From Trypanosoma brucei (taxonomy: Eukaryota), in assembly GCA_000002445.1 (NCBI GenBank), contig CP000071.1, positions 192,001 to 256,000 of the forward strand: DNA of 64,000 nt, in the 5' to 3' direction. Below are positions 1-9,733 of this stretch, one piece after another. The translations under genes were made by a program, and so were the position numbers. The notes under the pieces are model-generated. The model did no database searches. It saw only the letters and a program-made list of their open reading frames with translations, and was not told the origin of the DNA. Each line of letters begins with the position of its first letter. Positions within the stretch are counted from its first letter, which is position 1.

Positions 1-2265
1 CTGGCGGAATTGCTCTACCATGCAAGAAATATTTTCAGCGTCATAGGTAAGGTTTTCCACGACCTCTTTCTTGACGGCACCTCCGTTATCATCATCCGAG
101 GCTTCGAAATCCTCAACATCGTATGGACCCCAAGGATTCATTTTGTTTCCGTTGTCGATAAGTTTTTTTTCTGCCTCCCTATGCTCGGTGCCGACAAACT
201 CCAGTGCCCTGTAGTATGCTAATGCCTTAATGTTGGGATTCACCCGCTGGGCGTCGAAGTTTTCAATCACCAGGTTCGCCACGTCAGTACACCGTGAAAG
301 GGCCACATATGCTTGTCCCTCCTCAAAAATACCGGCGAAGTCAACATTCACATGCGAAAGAGACATGCCCTGTGACTTGTGTATAGTAATAGCATACGCC
401 AACTGAAGAGGAATCTGAATGCTGCAACTAACATCAGAGTCGCCTTGACGCATTGTCCATCGATGTGGTTCAATTACCACCAACCGACCAGCAGCCGCAC
501 CACCACCATCTCCTGGCCCCTGCTTACCTTTGTGATCGAAGCGAACTACTGGTAGCATCATGTGGTCAGCCAAATGTTGCAGGTCATCCTTCGTCGAAGG
601 ATTTGCGGTCTGATGTAATTTGCTGCTAACGAAACTTTCGACGGTTCCAATACTACCATTCGCCAGACCGGCACTAAGATCCAGGTTAGCTAGAAGCATC
701 ACACGGCAACCAGCTCGCACGGATACCGTGGAAGGCAAGTCAGATGGGAAATGACCCTCGCCACGGTGCGCCCCCTTGTAGCTGTAAATCTCTGTGTCGA
801 GTTCACCAAACTTTTCTGTGTTTATGGCATCAACCTCAGAACGGCGCGCACGCAAGATGGTGAAACCATCCTGACGTTGTCGTCGCGTTCTACCCTTACT
901 GTCCGTAATAATGTCAACAGCTTCAGCTCCTACCTCCCGTTTCAACTTCAGTTTCTCCTCATCGACAAACGATACAGTGGTAATGACCGATAATGAGCTT
1001 AACAGCCCAAGAGACGGGGCAGTTAGGGCGCCAACACGAACTTCGTTAAGAAGCGAGAAGAATTCCTTATCCTTCTGCCTGAATTGATGAGACAACGTGC
1101 ACACCAGCGGGTTGACGCGGGGCCAAGACTTCGCTTCAAAACACAGGCGAGTTTCTTGTTTAGGGCTGTGCTTATTTACCGGTGGAAGCTGCAGAAAATC
1201 ACCGGATAGCACCAACTGAATACCACCAAAGGGCTTTCGACACCCTCGAATGTGCCGTGCGACGTACTCCAACATGTCAAAGAACCATGCATCCAACATA
1301 GATACCTCATCCACAACGAGCACGCGGCACTTTCTCCAATTAGCCCTAGCTTTCTTTCGTCCAAGAACATTTCTATATACCATTTGATGTGTGCTGGTAT
1401 GTTGGTCAACGAAGCCACATCCTGAAAAACTGTGCAGTGTCGTCCCACCCAAATTAAGTGCCGCTAACCCGGTCGTTGCGGTGACGAAGGTGGTGGAAAG
1501 TGGTAGTGCAGCAATGATTGCACGAAGGAGGTGGGACTTGCCCGTACCTGCACCACCAGTAAGAAATACGGAGCGGCGGTGGTTTACGACAATATCAAAG
1601 ATACGCTCTTGTTCGTGAGACAGCTCCCATTCCGGCACTTGTGTGACAGCTTGTTGGGCCTGTTGTTTTGGGGTGCAATTAGACGAAGACGAGTCAAGTA
1701 AAAGCTTTCCTCTCTGTTTCGACGCTGCAGTGGTGGTGTTGTCGACGTTCTCCGAAGCCCCGCATCCCCCATCATCGTTCTGCTGCGAAATTCCGGCGGA
1801 TTTCGATGCTGGTGGAGAATGCTTATTAACGGTAACGTGGTTCAGGTTCAGTTTACTAGAATCAACTCGCTCTTCCATGTCGCAGGAATGCAACGCCAAA
1901 TCAGATTGTGCTCCGTTGTTTTCTGCGGGCCCTTGAGCATCTTCCGTGCGCAAACGAGACAGAACCTCAGCCTGGCTAGCTTGAGACAAGTCGTCACGTT
2001 GCCGCTTCGTCATAATAACCACATTGTTGTCACTGGCTGCGTTGCTGTCACCGCTCATCTCCAACTGAGAGCTGGTGGCAGGTAACTGTTGCTCTTCGAT
2101 ATAACCAGCAGACGCCTGACCTTGAAGAATTTCAGATGCGGTTTCCCCCTCGGAAGGGGAAGTAGTTGTGGGATGTATGGCAGATTGGGTGAGGGGACAA
2201 CCAGACGAGCGAAGCTTCGCAACTGTACGCAGGTTCTGGCGACTTCGTAGCGGCCCATCCCACAT
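1..2265 (-). CDS. PIF1-family 5'-3' DNA helicase. The N-terminus and complete helicase core lie in the window and the C-terminus continues past nt 1. Start ATG at 2263-2265; in-frame stop upstream at 2287-2289.
   Basis: Minus-strand translation in the frame ending at nt 2265 has no stop down to nt 1. It gives the Walker A ...RSVFLTGGAGTGKSHLLRAII..., motif II ...CRVLVVDEVSMLDAWFF..., motif III ...FGGIQLVLSGDFLQLPPV..., then ...YAITIHKSQGMSL... and ...GQAYVALSRC..., all canonical PIF1/RecD-like motifs. It is absent from the ORF track only because the ORF runs off the window edge. The N-terminal ~240 aa are low-complexity, Ser/Gln-rich and start with the R-rich segment MWDGPLRSRQNLRTVAKLRSS. 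Confidence 0.85.
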   Translation of the reverse strand, partial: MWDGPLRSRQNLRTVAKLRSSGCPLTQSAIHPTTTSPSEGETASEILQGQASAGYIEEQQLPATSSQLEMSGDSNAASDNNVVIMTKRQRDDLSQASQAEVLSRLRTEDAQGPAENNGAQSDLALHSCDMEERVDSSKLNLNHVTVNKHSPPASKSAGISQQNDDGGCGASENVDNTTTAASKQRGKLLLDSSSSNCTPKQQAQQAVTQVPEWELSHEQERIFDIVVNHRRSVFLTGGAGTGKSHLLRAIIAALPLSTTFVTATTGLAALNLGGTTLHSFSGCGFVDQHTSTHQMVYRNVLGRKKARANWRKCRVLVVDEVSMLDAWFFDMLEYVARHIRGCRKPFGGIQLVLSGDFLQLPPVNKHSPKQETRLCFEAKSWPRVNPLVCTLSHQFRQKDKEFFSLLNEVRVGALTAPSLGLLSSLSVITTVSFVDEEKLKLKREVGAEAVDIITDSKGRTRRQRQDGFTILRARRSEVDAINTEKFGELDTEIYSYKGAHRGEGHFPSDLPSTVSVRAGCRVMLLANLDLSAGLANGSIGTVESFVSSKLHQTANPSTKDDLQHLADHMMLPVVRFDHKGKQGPGDGGGAAAGRLVVIEPHRWTMRQGDSDVSCSIQIPLQLAYAITIHKSQGMSLSHVNVDFAGIFEEGQAYVALSRCTDVANLVIENFDAQRVNPNIKALAYYRALEFVGTEHREAEKKLIDNGNKMNPWGPYDVEDFEASDDDNGGAVKKEVVENLTYDAENISCMVEQFRQ

Positions 2266-3480
2266 CTGAGAAAAATTCCACAAACCCTAAATTCTATGTC
2301 CGCACGGAGGAATCCTTATGTGAAGATAATATAAAGGTTGGGTAAAGAATGCTCATTCAGGTGGCCATTACTACCCCTTCCACTTACCAAGTAGAAATGT
2401 TCGTGACAGTGCTACCGAATTTTGATAACATAAATAGGGTTTACCTCTCGAAATTGTTCAACCAAATCGTTCTAAAGGATAACTCCTTCTGTTTCTCCTT
2501 TAAGCCATGCATTAAAGTTTACTGCAACCCAATAAAAAGGCGAATCACCAAGCGGTTACAACAAATGAAAAATAAATGTGGGATAAGACCGTCGTACCTG
2601 CACGAAAAATATGATAACTCACAAGCCCGTCAAAACGATGGTTGGCATCTCAACACGTGTCACAAACATCCCTGAGAGAGTGCTTTAAAGGTTTAACCAA
2701 AGAAGAAAACAAACGCAAAAAAAAAAAAGGCGTCCATTACAAAAATAAGATAACAATGGGGTAAAGCGAGTGGTCTTCCCCCAAACTCCTTTAGCATATG
2801 TACGCACTGTAGCATGTCGAAGGAGCAAGACATAAGTTGCATCATTACGAAAAAGTGGCATTAATATAAAAAATTGTGTGTCCCAATTTGTATAAATCTG
2901 CTTGCCCTCATTCTTTCCCCCGCTTGCAAGGAAAAGTTGAGCCTTGTTCTTTTTTTTTAAATTTTTTCAGTTAAACTGTAACCGCGATGCGCATTCGCCA
3001 ATAATCATGTGTAAGGGAGAAAAATGACACACACACTAATGGCATGAGTCAAATAAATGCGGCACACCTCCCAGAAAGACGGCATAATACACTAAAACTA
3101 ATGATAGGAACAAAAAAGGAAGAAAGGAAGAATGTTTTTCCTTAAATGAAAGAATTTAAAAGATTTTGCAATGAAAGTTTGGAGTGTGCCACAACTGACA
3201 AATCGCCAGGGGGACCCAATACCGATTAAAGTTTATTCACCTCATATGGTGACATAAAGGCGACAGAGAAAAAAAAAAAAGTAAAACAGAGTACAAAAAT
3301 TGTGGTTCGTGAGATGTAGAGGAAACGTACAAGGGACGCACAAAACTGATGTGTGTTGATTTTTGAGAAAGCTGTGTGAAAGATTAAAAAAAAACAATCT
3401 CCTCACTGCAACATCAATTCCTTTTCCCTTGACCATTCTTCAAGCATTGGTGGCGGTTTCCCGTTCCACACTCCTCCCCA

Positions 3481-3508
3481 CACAAACACACACACACACA
3501 CACACACA
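3481..3508. repeat. (CA)n dinucleotide microsatellite in the intergenic spacer
   Basis: cacaaacacacacacacacacacacacat read directly. Confidence 0.9.
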
Positions 3509-3982
3509 TGTAGCGACCTTCTTCTCTTTCCACTGCCAATATAAATCAGAGACGTTAAAATGCCTGACGTGGCCACCGGACTTTAGTCTCTTCTACACAA
3601 CAATTAAACAGAAGATAAGAAGCTAGTACATACATATATATGTACACATTACAAGAAAAAAAAATTATGTACGCATCTTATCTCCCGGCGCATCTCTTCC
3701 CCTCCTTCACAACACTTGCTTTCCTTTTCCTGTCTTTTTTTCCGTTTGTTCTTTCCCGCTTCATTGATCATCTCTCTCCTATACTCCACATATTTGCTTC
3801 GTAATAAGAAAGATAAAAGGGAGGGACGAAAATAAAAAAGAAAAAAAAGCGCACACACAAAAAAAAAAACAGGGACAACACCTGTTCACGTAGTCGCTTC
3901 ACCGTGCAGAGTGCTGCTGCATGATTGTAAGTCATGAAGAGGTAAAAAGGGGTGGTGAGAGGTCAAAGGATATATGAATGCG

Positions 3983-4004
3983 TATATATATATATATATA
4001 TATA
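3983..4004. repeat. (TA)n microsatellite
   Basis: tatatatatatatatatatata read directly. Confidence 0.9.
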
Positions 4005-4483
4005 CGTATGTTTATACAAATGTACATGTGTAAACATGCGTATGTGTGTGTAGGTGTATGAAGAGAGGAGGAAAGAAAGTATGGCTGCAACAAACAACGT
4101 TAACAAAAAAAAAAGGAAAACAAGTAACAAATTTAGGGTGAGTGGTACAGATGCATGCATATACGTACACACATAAATATAGATATGTTGATATATCAAA
4201 CACCCCGTGGACACAGTGCATATGCATCTAAAGGAGAAAACAGAAGAAAAATAAAAATGAAAAATCATAAAAACACAACATGGGTGAGCAACCAAGTAAA
4301 GGAAACAACCCAGCAGAAAAAAAAAAGGAAAACAAAAAATGAGGAAATTATGTGGCTGTATCACACTCTCTATAACTGTGTGCCCCTCCTCCTTTTTGCC
4401 ACCAAAGCATATAAACAATTCGTTGATAGATATTTACACACTTACTTATGGGTTGTGCCGCAATAGTGCGCGTTGCATCCTCC

Positions 4484-7400
4484 TTAACGACCATCGTCCA
4501 TCAACACTTCACCGAAGGCATGACTACCCCAAATCATACTGTAATTGTTCGGTTCCTTTTCGCGAAGGGCGTTTGCGGGGGCCATGCTCTGCTGGGAAAC
4601 ATCTCCAAATACCGCGAACTCACGCACATCGGCCTCCCCTAATTTCCCACACATTTCCTTTACAAATGAATCGAACGAAGTCGTGTGTCTGCTTGCCTCA
4701 TGCGGCATTTCCCTTGACCCCTTTGCATACGTACGGTCTGCTGCCAACTTTACACCTCTGTCCATAATGTCTTCAATAAGCGAGTCATCATCCGAAGCAT
4801 CAGCGTCTTTCGTTTGTTCACCACATGTTCCCACCGGTGGTTGATGTCGCTGCACATCTGTCAAAGGTTTCGTCGTCACACGCATTCGCGCTGCAGGTGT
4901 TAAACCCATGTTGCAAGAGGAACCAAATGCTGAGAATGGGCTTGCATCAATTGCAGAGTCAATAGTTTTCTCCCCATGCTCTATTCCGAAGCGGCAGGGC
5001 TCAGTACACACCACACTTACAGGTGGGAACGAGTACGTCAAAACCGCGTCGAGCGACAACTGATCATGAATGGGGTTTCGGGCCGGGCTTGTGCGAACAT
5101 TCAACAAACTTTGGATGTCTTGCACGGTAAAGTAGCTAGCCTCCGGCATTCCCTTAGGTGTGTCCAGGAGAAAACTGAATGGTTTACTGGTGAAGGTGGC
5201 GTTGCGGAAGTACTCAACAATTGCCTTCGAGCTGCTCGGTTCCGCAAACTCCACGAAACTAAACCACAGCGTTGGGGCGGGGGCACCCAGTTCAGAGCCA
5301 TTCCTTCCCACTCCAGTAATATCCCCCTTTGGTGGAACTTGATTTTCATCACGGCACAATCGAACCTTATTAAGCTCACCAAAGTATGTAAGAAGTCGAC
5401 GAAATTGTGCTCGGCGAAGTGTCGAGGGAAGTTTCGTGATGTATACTGTTCGGTCCATCAATTCGGCCTGTGTGTAAACACTTGGGGCGTAGCCACCTCC
5501 TCGTGGACCTGAAAACGTTTTTGCGGAGTCCAGCCCCGTGGCTGCTTCAGAAAGTTGTGGCCTCACTTGTGACGCACGATGTTGCTGTTGCTGTTGTTGT
5601 TGCAAATGCTGTTGCTGCTGCTGCACCTGTTTTTGGATCAAACTCATTGCCGCGCTGCTTCCACAGTGGCGGAAGAACATTGACGGGGTCGATGCGTCAC
5701 CATGCGGTAACGAAACGGGCGTTGCTGAGTGGGGAGAGGCACATTCCACTGAGACATCGTGGGAGCTGCTGATGTCCATCGGTTCACCACGAGTGGTGAC
5801 TCGGTGAGAAGATGGCGATGTATATGTAAGACCCGGTGAACTATTACTTGTACCGTTAGCATTCACAGGTGTCACTTTCTCTATGACACGCCTTGGGGTT
5901 GGTCGAGCACTGGCACACAATGAAGAATTTCCTCCACCCTGTGCCGAGTCGAGTGGCAGCAGTCCCTCGAGACAATGGTCGTATTCCTTGCGGTACGGAT
6001 CTTTTTTGGCGCGCGACTTATTGTTCTTCCTCCACAAAGACGTGAATTCCTCTAGGCAAGCAAGCAGAATGAGGCACGGTTTGTGAACATCCTCTTCACC
6101 CTTCCCCGCTCCAAACAGGACGGCGGGTTTAGTTGATAGCGGTCGACTTCTTTCAAATTCCTTTGCACTCCTGAGCGCAACCTCGTGCTCCTTGATAATC
6201 TTGACTGCCAATTCATACGGACTTTTCTTCAAGTAACAATACTGGAAGAGATAGGCACTCAACACAGCTGCCACTTTTCGAGACTCATCTGGTTTGTCGT
6301 TGCTGATAAAGAGGTGCACGAGCGACCGTGCGATCTTCGAAATGAAAATTATGTTCCTGCCCATAATCAGGTCGGGGTCTTCACCATTTTCCACTCCCAC
6401 ATTATCCCTACCACCCCTGCGGGGGATCCGCATCTTTTCGTGGAGTGATAACAAGGCATTTACCAGTGGTGTTGAAAGTGCTTGTGCGTGGTGCCCAAAT
6501 GCAATGAGTGTGTCGGTTAACGCTGTGGCAAGTTGCTCCGCCGTCTTTTCTGTTGCCTCTGGGTTAGTAAGCAGCTGCTGCATCTTATCAGTTAACACAT
6601 TGACATCCACGACGTTGGCATGAAGCTCTTCAACCACCTCACGAAGTAGAGCATTATTCCCAACTCTAGCACATAGGTCATTCACGTCACTTGCAACATT
6701 CCTCCGAAATGGTTTTAACATCGTACCGGACTCCACTGCCGCTTCAGAGGCTGCCGTACCACTGACAGGATCTCGGCCGCTTGGTTTAGAAAGGTAGCGC
6801 GCAACCATGGGGAATAACTGCCCTTTAGCGTAGGAACCGTTCAATTTTTCAGCAGCGTCACGTGCAGTGCCCTCCTTATCGAAGAATATCAGCCCACTGC
6901 GCCTTGGGCCACCAGAAAGTTGGACAATATCTGGAAATATTTCTGCACTGAGAGCTCCATAGCGCGAAAAAAGCGCGAAAAGAGATTTTTTGTCCATCGT
7001 TGCTAACAGGTTGTGCACACCAACAAGAAACAGATCACGACCACTGTATGTCCTCTTGAAAAAGTCGTCTATCTCGTCCAACACAGCCATGTTAGATGTG
7101 TCATGCAACGCAGAGTAAGTAGCACTTGTATCATTCCCACCGGCTACGTCAGCAACTGACTGGTTACCAGCAAGCGCCACACCGCCGGGGTGAAAGTCAA
7201 ACAGTTTGTTGAGGTGAACAACATCAATTGGTTGCGCCTGTCCCTCGGGTGGTTTCAACTGAAATAACGACACTGCTTCCATCGCCGTCGCCTCTTCATT
7301 ATAGTATACCAGAGCGCTAACACTGCTGCAGGCCATAGGGGTTGTCGCGAAGCTGCATGATTTAGGGGGCCACATATCGAAGCACTCAGCACCCTTTTGA

Positions 7401-8617
7401 ATAAAGTTCTGACTTAAAACGGAATGAGCCACTTCTGGATCCAAACCGTGTATCGCGACGACGTGCTTCCCGGAGGCTCTATTCATGTGTGAATTGCTCT
7501 GAATAAAGCGGCACATTTCCATGTGTGTTTTGTAGAGTTCAGTACCTGGAGGTAACCGCCATGGCTTCGCTGAGGAGGAGAGACCCCATGTTGGCTGTTG
7601 CTGCGTACGTTGCGTTTGTTGCTGCTTTTGCTTGCCTGACATCGACGTTACACTGCGAGTTGCATCTGGAGACACTGGCAAACTTTGAGCAGGTGGCGCT
7701 TCCGGGTCACAATAGATTACTCGGAGTGGCTGGTGCTGTCCATTAGGCACAAAATCATTAAACTTCTCGACGGCCACAGCAGCAAACGCCTTAGAGGGAA
7801 AGAACACAGCACCTGCGCGTCGATTCGGACGCAGGGAGAAGTGTTGCGGCAAAATTTCTGCTTTCTTTGCATTCATGGGAAAGAATATGTTCAACAGCTC
7901 CTCCTTTGTTGTACGCGACTCGAGGTTGAAAACGGCGACAATATGGTAATTGCTGCACTCAGAAGCGAATGCCAGCATGATTTGGGAGGTGAGTGACTGT
8001 GGTGATTGTGACACAGAATTTTGGGTATTGGCGGCAGTGCTCCCGCTGTTACCACTGGAGCTGTCGTGTGAAGCCATTACGCGTACGCTGGGCGTACTCG
8101 CGGGCCATCGTGCCGCCACGTTCTTCTCTGGAGGTGCAATCATCCCATCATTTGCAATACCACCACGACTCGGAGGCCACGGCATTGCCATTGGCGTCAT
8201 TGGGGCAGGTTGACAATACAAGAGGGGGTTTTGAAGCATTGCGTGCAGATCCACTGGGTTGGGTACAGCAGGGACTGCGAAGCCAACAGCACCCATCGGC
8301 ACATGAAATTCTTTCGCCTCAGGGTTTAATGTCGACTTGGTGGATGCTGCAGCTCCGGCGCCGTCATTCACGAGGGGCCAACAGTGCGCTGCTGTAGTTT
8401 CACTTGATTGAGATGAGGTACCAGTGACCTTCTCCATCTGAATGTCATTTGCAGTGGTTAAAGAAGCGGCCTCCACCGTGAATCCTTTCTGCGTTGGTGG
8501 TTCACTGCTTGCAGGAGAAGTGAGCTGCACCGACGCTATGGATGAACCGGAGTCCCTCTTGGTTGGTTGGGGTTGAGAAACAGTGGAAGTAGTTCCTGCC
8601 GTTTCTGGAGTTATCAT
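4484..8617 (-). CDS. Large Gln/Ser-rich protein with at least three RRM-like modules and a polyQ tract (putative RNA-binding protein). The likely start is ATG 8615-8617; the track's upstream ATG at 8698 lies inside the poly-pyrimidine tract.
   Basis: 1404-aa minus-strand ORF. RRM-like segments are TVYITKLPSTLRRAQFRRLLTYFGELNKVRLCRDE..., HIVAVFNLESRTTKEELLNIFFPMNAKKAEILP...AGAVFFPSKAFAAVAVEKFN and LFLVGVHNLLATMDKKSLFALFSRYGALSAEIFPDIV...GLIFFDKEGTARDAAEKLNG. There is a polyQ run QKQVQQQQQHLQQQQQQQH. No plus-strand ORF of comparable length exists. The ATG at 8615-8617 directly follows a minus-strand pyrimidine tract (ttgttgcgtgtgcgtgtgtgtattttgttttacgttgggaaATG). Confidence 0.7.
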   Translation of the reverse strand: MITPETAGTTSTVSQPQPTKRDSGSSIASVQLTSPASSEPPTQKGFTVEAASLTTANDIQMEKVTGTSSQSSETTAAHCWPLVNDGAGAAASTKSTLNPEAKEFHVPMGAVGFAVPAVPNPVDLHAMLQNPLLYCQPAPMTPMAMPWPPSRGGIANDGMIAPPEKNVAARWPASTPSVRVMASHDSSSGNSGSTAANTQNSVSQSPQSLTSQIMLAFASECSNYHIVAVFNLESRTTKEELLNIFFPMNAKKAEILPQHFSLRPNRRAGAVFFPSKAFAAVAVEKFNDFVPNGQHQPLRVIYCDPEAPPAQSLPVSPDATRSVTSMSGKQKQQQTQRTQQQPTWGLSSSAKPWRLPPGTELYKTHMEMCRFIQSNSHMNRASGKHVVAIHGLDPEVAHSVLSQNFIQKGAECFDMWPPKSCSFATTPMACSSVSALVYYNEEATAMEAVSLFQLKPPEGQAQPIDVVHLNKLFDFHPGGVALAGNQSVADVAGGNDTSATYSALHDTSNMAVLDEIDDFFKRTYSGRDLFLVGVHNLLATMDKKSLFALFSRYGALSAEIFPDIVQLSGGPRRSGLIFFDKEGTARDAAEKLNGSYAKGQLFPMVARYLSKPSGRDPVSGTAASEAAVESGTMLKPFRRNVASDVNDLCARVGNNALLREVVEELHANVVDVNVLTDKMQQLLTNPEATEKTAEQLATALTDTLIAFGHHAQALSTPLVNALLSLHEKMRIPRRGGRDNVGVENGEDPDLIMGRNIIFISKIARSLVHLFISNDKPDESRKVAAVLSAYLFQYCYLKKSPYELAVKIIKEHEVALRSAKEFERSRPLSTKPAVLFGAGKGEEDVHKPCLILLACLEEFTSLWRKNNKSRAKKDPYRKEYDHCLEGLLPLDSAQGGGNSSLCASARPTPRRVIEKVTPVNANGTSNSSPGLTYTSPSSHRVTTRGEPMDISSSHDVSVECASPHSATPVSLPHGDASTPSMFFRHCGSSAAMSLIQKQVQQQQQHLQQQQQQQHRASQVRPQLSEAATGLDSAKTFSGPRGGGYAPSVYTQAELMDRTVYITKLPSTLRRAQFRRLLTYFGELNKVRLCRDENQVPPKGDITGVGRNGSELGAPAPTLWFSFVEFAEPSSSKAIVEYFRNATFTSKPFSFLLDTPKGMPEASYFTVQDIQSLLNVRTSPARNPIHDQLSLDAVLTYSFPPVSVVCTEPCRFGIEHGEKTIDSAIDASPFSAFGSSCNMGLTPAARMRVTTKPLTDVQRHQPPVGTCGEQTKDADASDDDSLIEDIMDRGVKLAADRTYAKGSREMPHEASRHTTSFDSFVKEMCGKLGEADVREFAVFGDVSQQSMAPANALREKEPNNYSMIWGSHAFGEVLMDDGR

Positions 8618-8700
8618 TTCCCAACGTAAAACAAAATACACACACGCACACGCAACAACAGAAAGAAGTTTTTTTAAAAAAAAAGCACAAACAAACAAAA
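8618..8700 (-). promoter_or_regulatory. Poly-pyrimidine tract and probable trans-splice acceptor region upstream of the 4484-8617 gene (minus-strand sense)
   Basis: The minus strand reads ...gtgctttttttttaaaaaaacttctttctgttgttgcgtgtgcgtgtgtgtattttgttttacg... immediately 5' of the ATG. This is inferred from kinetoplastid mRNA processing rules, not mapped. Confidence 0.35.
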
Positions 8701-9708
8701 TTTAGTGAAGCTTTCACAAAAGCTCAAGTTTCTCGTCCCCACAAAGAAAAATGAAAACAACAACTAACGACACTCTCCTTTTCCGATGCTAAATATTTAT
8801 TTTATTGCAGTAATGCTGTAGAAACGATGTGCCTCTCGTTTTTTATTTATTTACTTTCGTTTCTTCTCTATTTTTGAGGTTGTGCAGCGCCAAATGAAAA
8901 GTTATTCCCTTTCGATCGCGTCTCCAGCAACCAAATACTGTCGAGTTCTTTTTTTTGTTGTAGTTGTTGTTCCTGTGTTATTTTTAATTTTTAATATATC
9001 AACGCTGCTCTTTTTTTCTAAGTAATAAACAAAATGCGTAACACCGCAGCTGTTGACAAAAATGAGGTGTTCGGTGTTGTTGTTTTGATGAGAAATCTCT
9101 GCGCGGTGGTTATGCTCACAAAACACACACGCAAAAACAAAAACGAAAATAAATTCAATAATAAGAATGAAAGGACAAAGCGAGTAATCGAAACAAGGCC
9201 TTCCCAGATACAAAAATATATATGAGTGGCACACGCAACAAATGCTGCGGTTTGTGCCCTGGGGAAGTAAAATTAAGAAGAAGAAAAAAAGGAGGGTAAA
9301 AAAAGGAGGAAACAAAACAAAAAAAAACAACGACAACAAGCGAGAGTTCTGTTTGAATTCACTCGAAACCTTTCCTATTTTCTTTTAATTTTTGATATTT
9401 CTTTTCTTTCGAGGTTTCTCCTTTTCGTCTTTTTCTGACTTTTCTTTTTTTTTTCTTTTTCTGCTACCCCACTTACGCTTACCTGATAAGGGTGTTTTGG
9501 TGTAATGTAATTGCTTCTACTTCAGTTGATTCTAACCCTTTTCCTTACTTTCCTCTGCCTGTGGTTCCCTTCCTTGTGTTTTTTCTTTTATATTTTCTTG
9601 ACTCTGCCCAGGTTATTATTATTTTTTTTTAATTCTTTATTTTTGTTTTATTTATATCGTTTATCTCCTCCTTTCTCGTACTAAATGGAGGGCTTACGAA
9701 TATAATAG

Positions 9709-9733
9709 AAATATATATATATATATATATATA
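9709..9733. repeat. (AT)n microsatellite followed at 9766-9790 by a (TG)n run
   Basis: atatatatatatatatatatata and tgtgtgtgtgtgtgtttgtgtttg read directly. Confidence 0.85.

Noticed and set aside
3963-4418. 151-aa and 71-aa minus ORFs and a 103-aa plus ORF in the 2.3-4.5 kb spacer
   Set aside because: They are translations of (TA)n/(CA)n and homopolymer sequence (YIYIYIY, HTHTHTH) in an intergenic spacer.
4976-5512. 178-aa plus-strand ORF. Similar plus-strand ORFs lie at 20444-21022, 24027-24602, 28845-29369, 37165-37680, 44982-45536 and 51732-52343.
   Set aside because: All lie entirely inside long, domain-bearing minus-strand genes and are typical GC-frame shadows. They have no motifs and lie opposite to the uniform transcription direction.
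5538-5807. Plus-strand ORF with a CCCCCCCCKCCCCCC poly-Cys run
   Set aside because: It is the reverse complement of the CAG/CAA polyQ run inside the 4484-8617 gene, so it is an antisense shadow.
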